DNA from: the human T2T-CHM13v2.0 reference genome, Homo sapiens
Direction: 5' to 3' (one strand)
DNA length: 64,000 nucleotides
Assembly (NCBI RefSeq): GCF_009914755.1
Contig: NC_060929.1
Part shown: piece by piece, positions 59,743 through 64,000 of the stretch
How the letters are laid out: each line of letters begins with the position of its first letter
How positions within the stretch are numbered: position 1 is the first letter of the stretch
The notes under the pieces: model-generated
What the model was told of the DNA's origin: nothing
Database searches by the model: none
What the model saw: the letters and a program-made list of their open reading frames with translations, nothing else
Made by a program: the position numbers and the translations under genes

Positions 59743-59882
59743 GGGCTATGTACAGTAGCTCATGCCTGTAATCCTAGCATTTTGGGAGGCCCAAAAGGAG
59801 GATTACTTGAGGCCAGGAGTTGAAAACCAGTCTGTTAAACATAAAGAGACCTTGTCTCTATAAATAAGCAAACAAATAAAAC
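59743..59882 (+). mobile_element. FLAM (Alu left monomer)
   Basis: 'gctcatgcctgtaatcctagcattttgggagg...gagaccttgtctcta' followed by an A-rich tail. Confidence 0.85.
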
Positions 59883-60744
59883 ATGTGTGCTCTTATCTCA
59901 CCTGTCCAAGTTTACTCAATTAGAACTTGTAAGAATATTAACGTATTGTACTATATTGCTTTGATGGATTGGAGCTAAAAATAATTGTAAAATGCTTGGC
60001 AAAAATTAAGCCCAAATGAGTGTACCATGATAATATTTGGTATCCCTATAACACAATGAAAACTTACGTATCATGTGGTGATACTATTTGCCATATTTCC
60101 ACTTTGTTGTTAATTACTTCCTTGGAAATATTTTATATGGATAAATATTTATCAGATTTAATAAACTTTCTTCAGCCCAATTATAGACTTTTTCTTTTCC
60201 CAGAACATGACCAAAAAAAAAAAAAAAAAAGGAAAAATGTCTATCTACCTTGGATAGAGGAAGATTAAATTCCATTTATCTTCTCTTTTTCTAGTCTTCT
60301 GGTGGTAATTAACAGATGGTCCTTGTTTTCTATTTGATAGACCAATGAGCAAACATGTGCTTTATCTCTAGTGTGCAGAAGTAGTTTGTCATCTAATGCT
60401 TTATGTCATGACAACATTGAACTTAATTTACAAAACCACTTTTGCCCGCTTGGTAGATTATTTTATTTCTCAGTCACACTGGTTCAAACATCAAATCCAT
60501 AAAGATACTTTTCTTCACTTTGTAGTGGAAGTTACCTCGAACTGCTATTTTGGTTTTATTTTCAGAACGAGTCCTTAATAAAACAAATTAAAAAGTTAAT
60601 AATATTTGGAAAGTGTAGCAAAAATCTTGCTTTTTCCTGCCTCTTGTGACTATGGTCTATATCAATGTAAATAACAATAGAGGCAAATGTCTACTGTTTT
60701 TGTTTTGTTTTTCTTCATCTGTATGATAGAAACCTATACTAGTT

Positions 60745-61202
60745 ATATATTGGTGTGTAACCGATTACTACAACAATTAGTGGCTTAAAAAAACCAACAT
60801 GCATTATTTCATAGTTTCTGTGGATCAGGAATTTGGGAGTAGATCAGCTGGGGGACTCTGACTCAGGATGTCTCATAAGGTTGGAATCAAGACATCAGCT
60901 AGGACTGCAGTCATCTCAAGGTTTGACTGGGGCTGAGGGACCTGCTTCCAATATGGCTTATTGCCGTGACTTGTTATTTTACCATGTGGGCCTTTCTGTG
61001 GAATTGCTCAAGTGTCCCCACCACATGGTAACTGGTTTCCCCCAGAGTGAGTGCCCTAACCTTTGAAGTCACATTCCATCACTCTTTCTGTATTTTACTG
61101 GTGATACAGACCAATCCTGATACAATGTGAGAGGACAAATAGCAGAGCATGAATAACAGGAGGCAGGATCACTGAGAGCCAGCCTGGAGACTAGCTACCA
61201 CA
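60745..61202 (-). mobile_element. MLT1 (F/G/H-type) LTR
   Basis: 'ttagtggcttaaaa...gtttctgtggatcaggaatttgggag...ggagactagctaccaca'. Confidence 0.8.
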
Positions 61203-61781
61203 AATGGGATTGTATTTGGAATACTCAGTAACTAGGGTTGAAGCCAAAATGCACCTAGGAAAAGTTGTGTCATTTGAGTTCTTGAATGCTTCTTAGCTTT
61301 TGAGATATATATGGGCTACCATTTGAGGCAATGGTAAAAAAAAGTTGGACTTGGAAGCCAAAAAGATCAGTTCAGTTCTAGGCCCTTACTACCTGTGGAG
61401 GAGATTTGATTTAAATCTGGCTATCTCAGTTTGTTTTTCTTTAGAATAGAGGAATTAATACACACCTATCTATGCTTAATAGATTGTGGTACAAGAGAAA
61501 AAGTCTTAGTTCTAAGATAATGCCAGGCATACAGGAGCTAAAAAATGCTAGTTTCCTTTCCCCTTTCCTTCAAGATATCCAAGCAGAATTTTCCAAACAT
61601 TGTGCCACGAAATACCACTTTGCCATTCCTCCAAAACCCCTAGGTCTGTTGCCTCTGGCTGAGAGTGCCTCCCTCAAATGTGCCAGACAAATATTCATAT
61701 CCTATATATTTATCATTGTGAAAAACTTTATATACCACTTCTCTAAAGGAGGATTTCTTTAAAATAGCCACTAGAAATTAA

Positions 61782-63439
61782 TGTAGGACTAGAGGTCCTA
61801 GCCAGAGCAATTAGGCAAGAGAAAGAAATAAAAGGCCTCTAAATTGGAAAGAAAGAAGTTAAATTGTTCCTGTCTGCAGATGCCATGACCTCATGTATAG
61901 AAAACCCTAAAGGCACCACCAAAAAACTGTTAGCACTAATAAGCAAATTCAGTAAAGTTGCAGGATACACATCAACATACAAAAATAGTAGCATTTCTAT
62001 ACTCTAACAGCAAACTATCTGAAAAAGAAATGAAGAAAACTATCCCATTTATAATACAAGTATCTACAAAAAATACTCAGGAATAAATTTAACTAAGGAG
62101 ATGAAAGATCTCTACACTAAAAGTTATAAAATATTGATGAAGGAAATTGAAGAGGACACAAATAACTGTAAGGATATCCCATGTTGATAGACTTGGGGAA
62201 TTAAGTTGTTAAAATGTCCATACTACCCAAAGAGATCAACGTAATCCCTATAAAAATACCAATGACATTCTTCACAGAAATAAAAAAAAATTATGAAACC
62301 ACAAAAATTCTGAATAGCCAAAGAAATCTTGAACAAAAAGTGTAGAGGTAGAGGTATCATACTACCAGACTTCAAAATATACTACAAAGGTATGGTAACC
62401 AAAACAGCATGCTACTGACATAAAAACAAACATATTGACCAGTGAAATGGAATAGAAGGCCCCCAAGTAAATCCACACATATACAGACAATGATTTCCAA
62501 CAAAGATACCAAGAACAAACAATAGGGAAAGGGCAATCTCTTCAAGAAATGGTGCTGGGAAAAGTAGATATTCACATGCAGAAGAATCACATTAGATCTG
62601 CATCTCATACCATATAAAAAAATCAAATCAGAGTGGATTAAAGACTTAAACATAAGACCTCAAACTATGAAACTACTAGAAGAAAATAGAGTTGAAAAAG
62701 CTCCATGACATTGGTCTGTGCAATGATTTTTTTAGACATGACCCCAAAAGCATCAGCAACAAAAGTGAAAATAGACAAATGGGATTACATGAAATTAAAA
62801 AGTTTCTATGTGGCAAAGGAAACAAACAACAGATTGAAGAGACAACCTACATAATGGGAGAAAATATTAGCAAACTATGTATCTGATAAGGGGTTACTAT
62901 CCAAAATAAAGAAATAATTCAAACAACCGAATAACAAGAAAACAAATCACCCAATTAAAAAATGCAGAAGCTGGATACAGTGGCATGTGCCTGTAGTCCC
63001 AGCTACTGGGGATGCTGAGGCAGGAGGATTGCTTGAGCCCAGGAGTTTGAGGCCAGCCTGGACAACACAGTGAGACCCTGTTTCTAAATAAATAATAAAT
63101 TTTAAAAAATAAGTGGGCAAAGTACCCCAATAGACATTTCTCAAAACAAGACATACAAATGACCAACAGGTATATGAAAAATGCTCACTATCATTTATCA
63201 TCAGGGAAATGCAAATTAAAATCACAGTGAGATATCATCACCTCACGTCTGTTAGAGTGGCTACTATAAAAATGAGAAAAGATAACTAGTGTTGATGAGG
63301 ATGTGGAGAAAAAGGAACTCTCACACACTGTTGGTGGGAAGATAAATTAGTACAGCCATTATGGAAAACAGTATGGAGGTTTCTCAAATTAAACATAGAA
63401 CTACCATAAGATCCAGCAATCCCACTACTGGGTATATAT

Positions 63440-63441
<2 letters not shown>
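61782..63441 (+). mobile_element. L1 (L1MA/L1PB-like) ORF2 3' region and start of 3'UTR
   Basis: 'cctagccagagcaattaggcaagagaaagaaataaaaggc', 'ccagacttcaaaatatactacaaagg', 'gatccagcaatcccactactgggtatatatc'. Confidence 0.9.
62970..63098 (+). mobile_element. FLAM_A-like Alu monomer nested in L1
   Basis: 'gtgcctgtagtcccagctactgggg...gagtttgaggccagcctggacaacacagtgagaccc'. Confidence 0.85.

Positions 63442-63442
<1 letters not shown>

Positions 63443-63495
<53 letters not shown>
63443..63495. repeat. (AC)~26 microsatellite
   Basis: Uninterrupted AC run directly visible. Confidence 0.95.
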
Positions 63496-63498
<3 letters not shown>

Positions 63499-63549
63499 GT
63501 GTGTATGCATCCATTATATATTCCATTATATATATATATAATGGAATGC

Positions 63550-64000
63550 CTAAACTAATCTAACTCACATATGCATTACCTAACATAGTTTTTTTTCTTT
63601 TTTGGTGAGAACCCTACATCCACTCTCTTAGCATTTTTCAAGAATACAATATACTGTTAACAATAGTCACCCTGCTGTACAATAGATCTCTTCAACATAT
63701 TCCTCCTATCTAAATGAAATTTTGTATCCATTAACCAGCATCTCCCCAACACCCACTCCAACCACCCCGACCCCTGATAACCACATTCTACTCTCTACTT
63801 TTATAAGATTAACATTTTTAGTTTTCACATATAACTGAGGTCATGTGGTATTTGTCTTTCTATGCCTGGCTTAATACATACATTTAATGTCTCTAGGTTC
63901 ATCCATGTTGTCACAAATGATAGAGCTTCCTTCTTTTGTATGGCTGAGTAGTATTCCATTGTGTTTATATGCTACATTTTTCTTCATCCGTTCATTCAAT
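63550..64000 (-). mobile_element. L1MA 3'UTR, antisense, running off the window end
   Basis: 'cactctcttagcatttttcaagaatacaata...ctgtacaatagatctc', 'ggttcatccatgttgtcacaaatga'. Confidence 0.88.

Overview
Primate genomic DNA, most likely human or great ape since AluY copies are present. It is AT-rich, lacks a CpG island and looks intronic or intergenic. I find no credible intact protein-coding exon; the listed ORFs are short and mostly fall inside Alu, L1, LTR or DNA-transposon fossils. Recognisable gene-derived content is (1) an old, disabled processed pseudogene of FABP5 on the minus strand (about 2212-2824), inserted into an L1, and (2) a roughly 3-kb decayed hAT (Tip100/Zaphod-like) transposase remnant (about 56200-59370) whose protein motifs are still readable. 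Much of the window is interspersed repeat, with subfamilies assigned by eye from remembered consensus sequences. The most unusual structure is at 11307-11531. There a 60-bp segment copied from 1.2 kb upstream is joined, through a 4-bp microhomology, to a perfect 50-bp inverted repeat. Smaller fold-back scars occur at about 23.25 kb and 63.5 kb. I see no evidence of a new gene system; the findings are repair scars, TE fossils and candidate regulatory elements.
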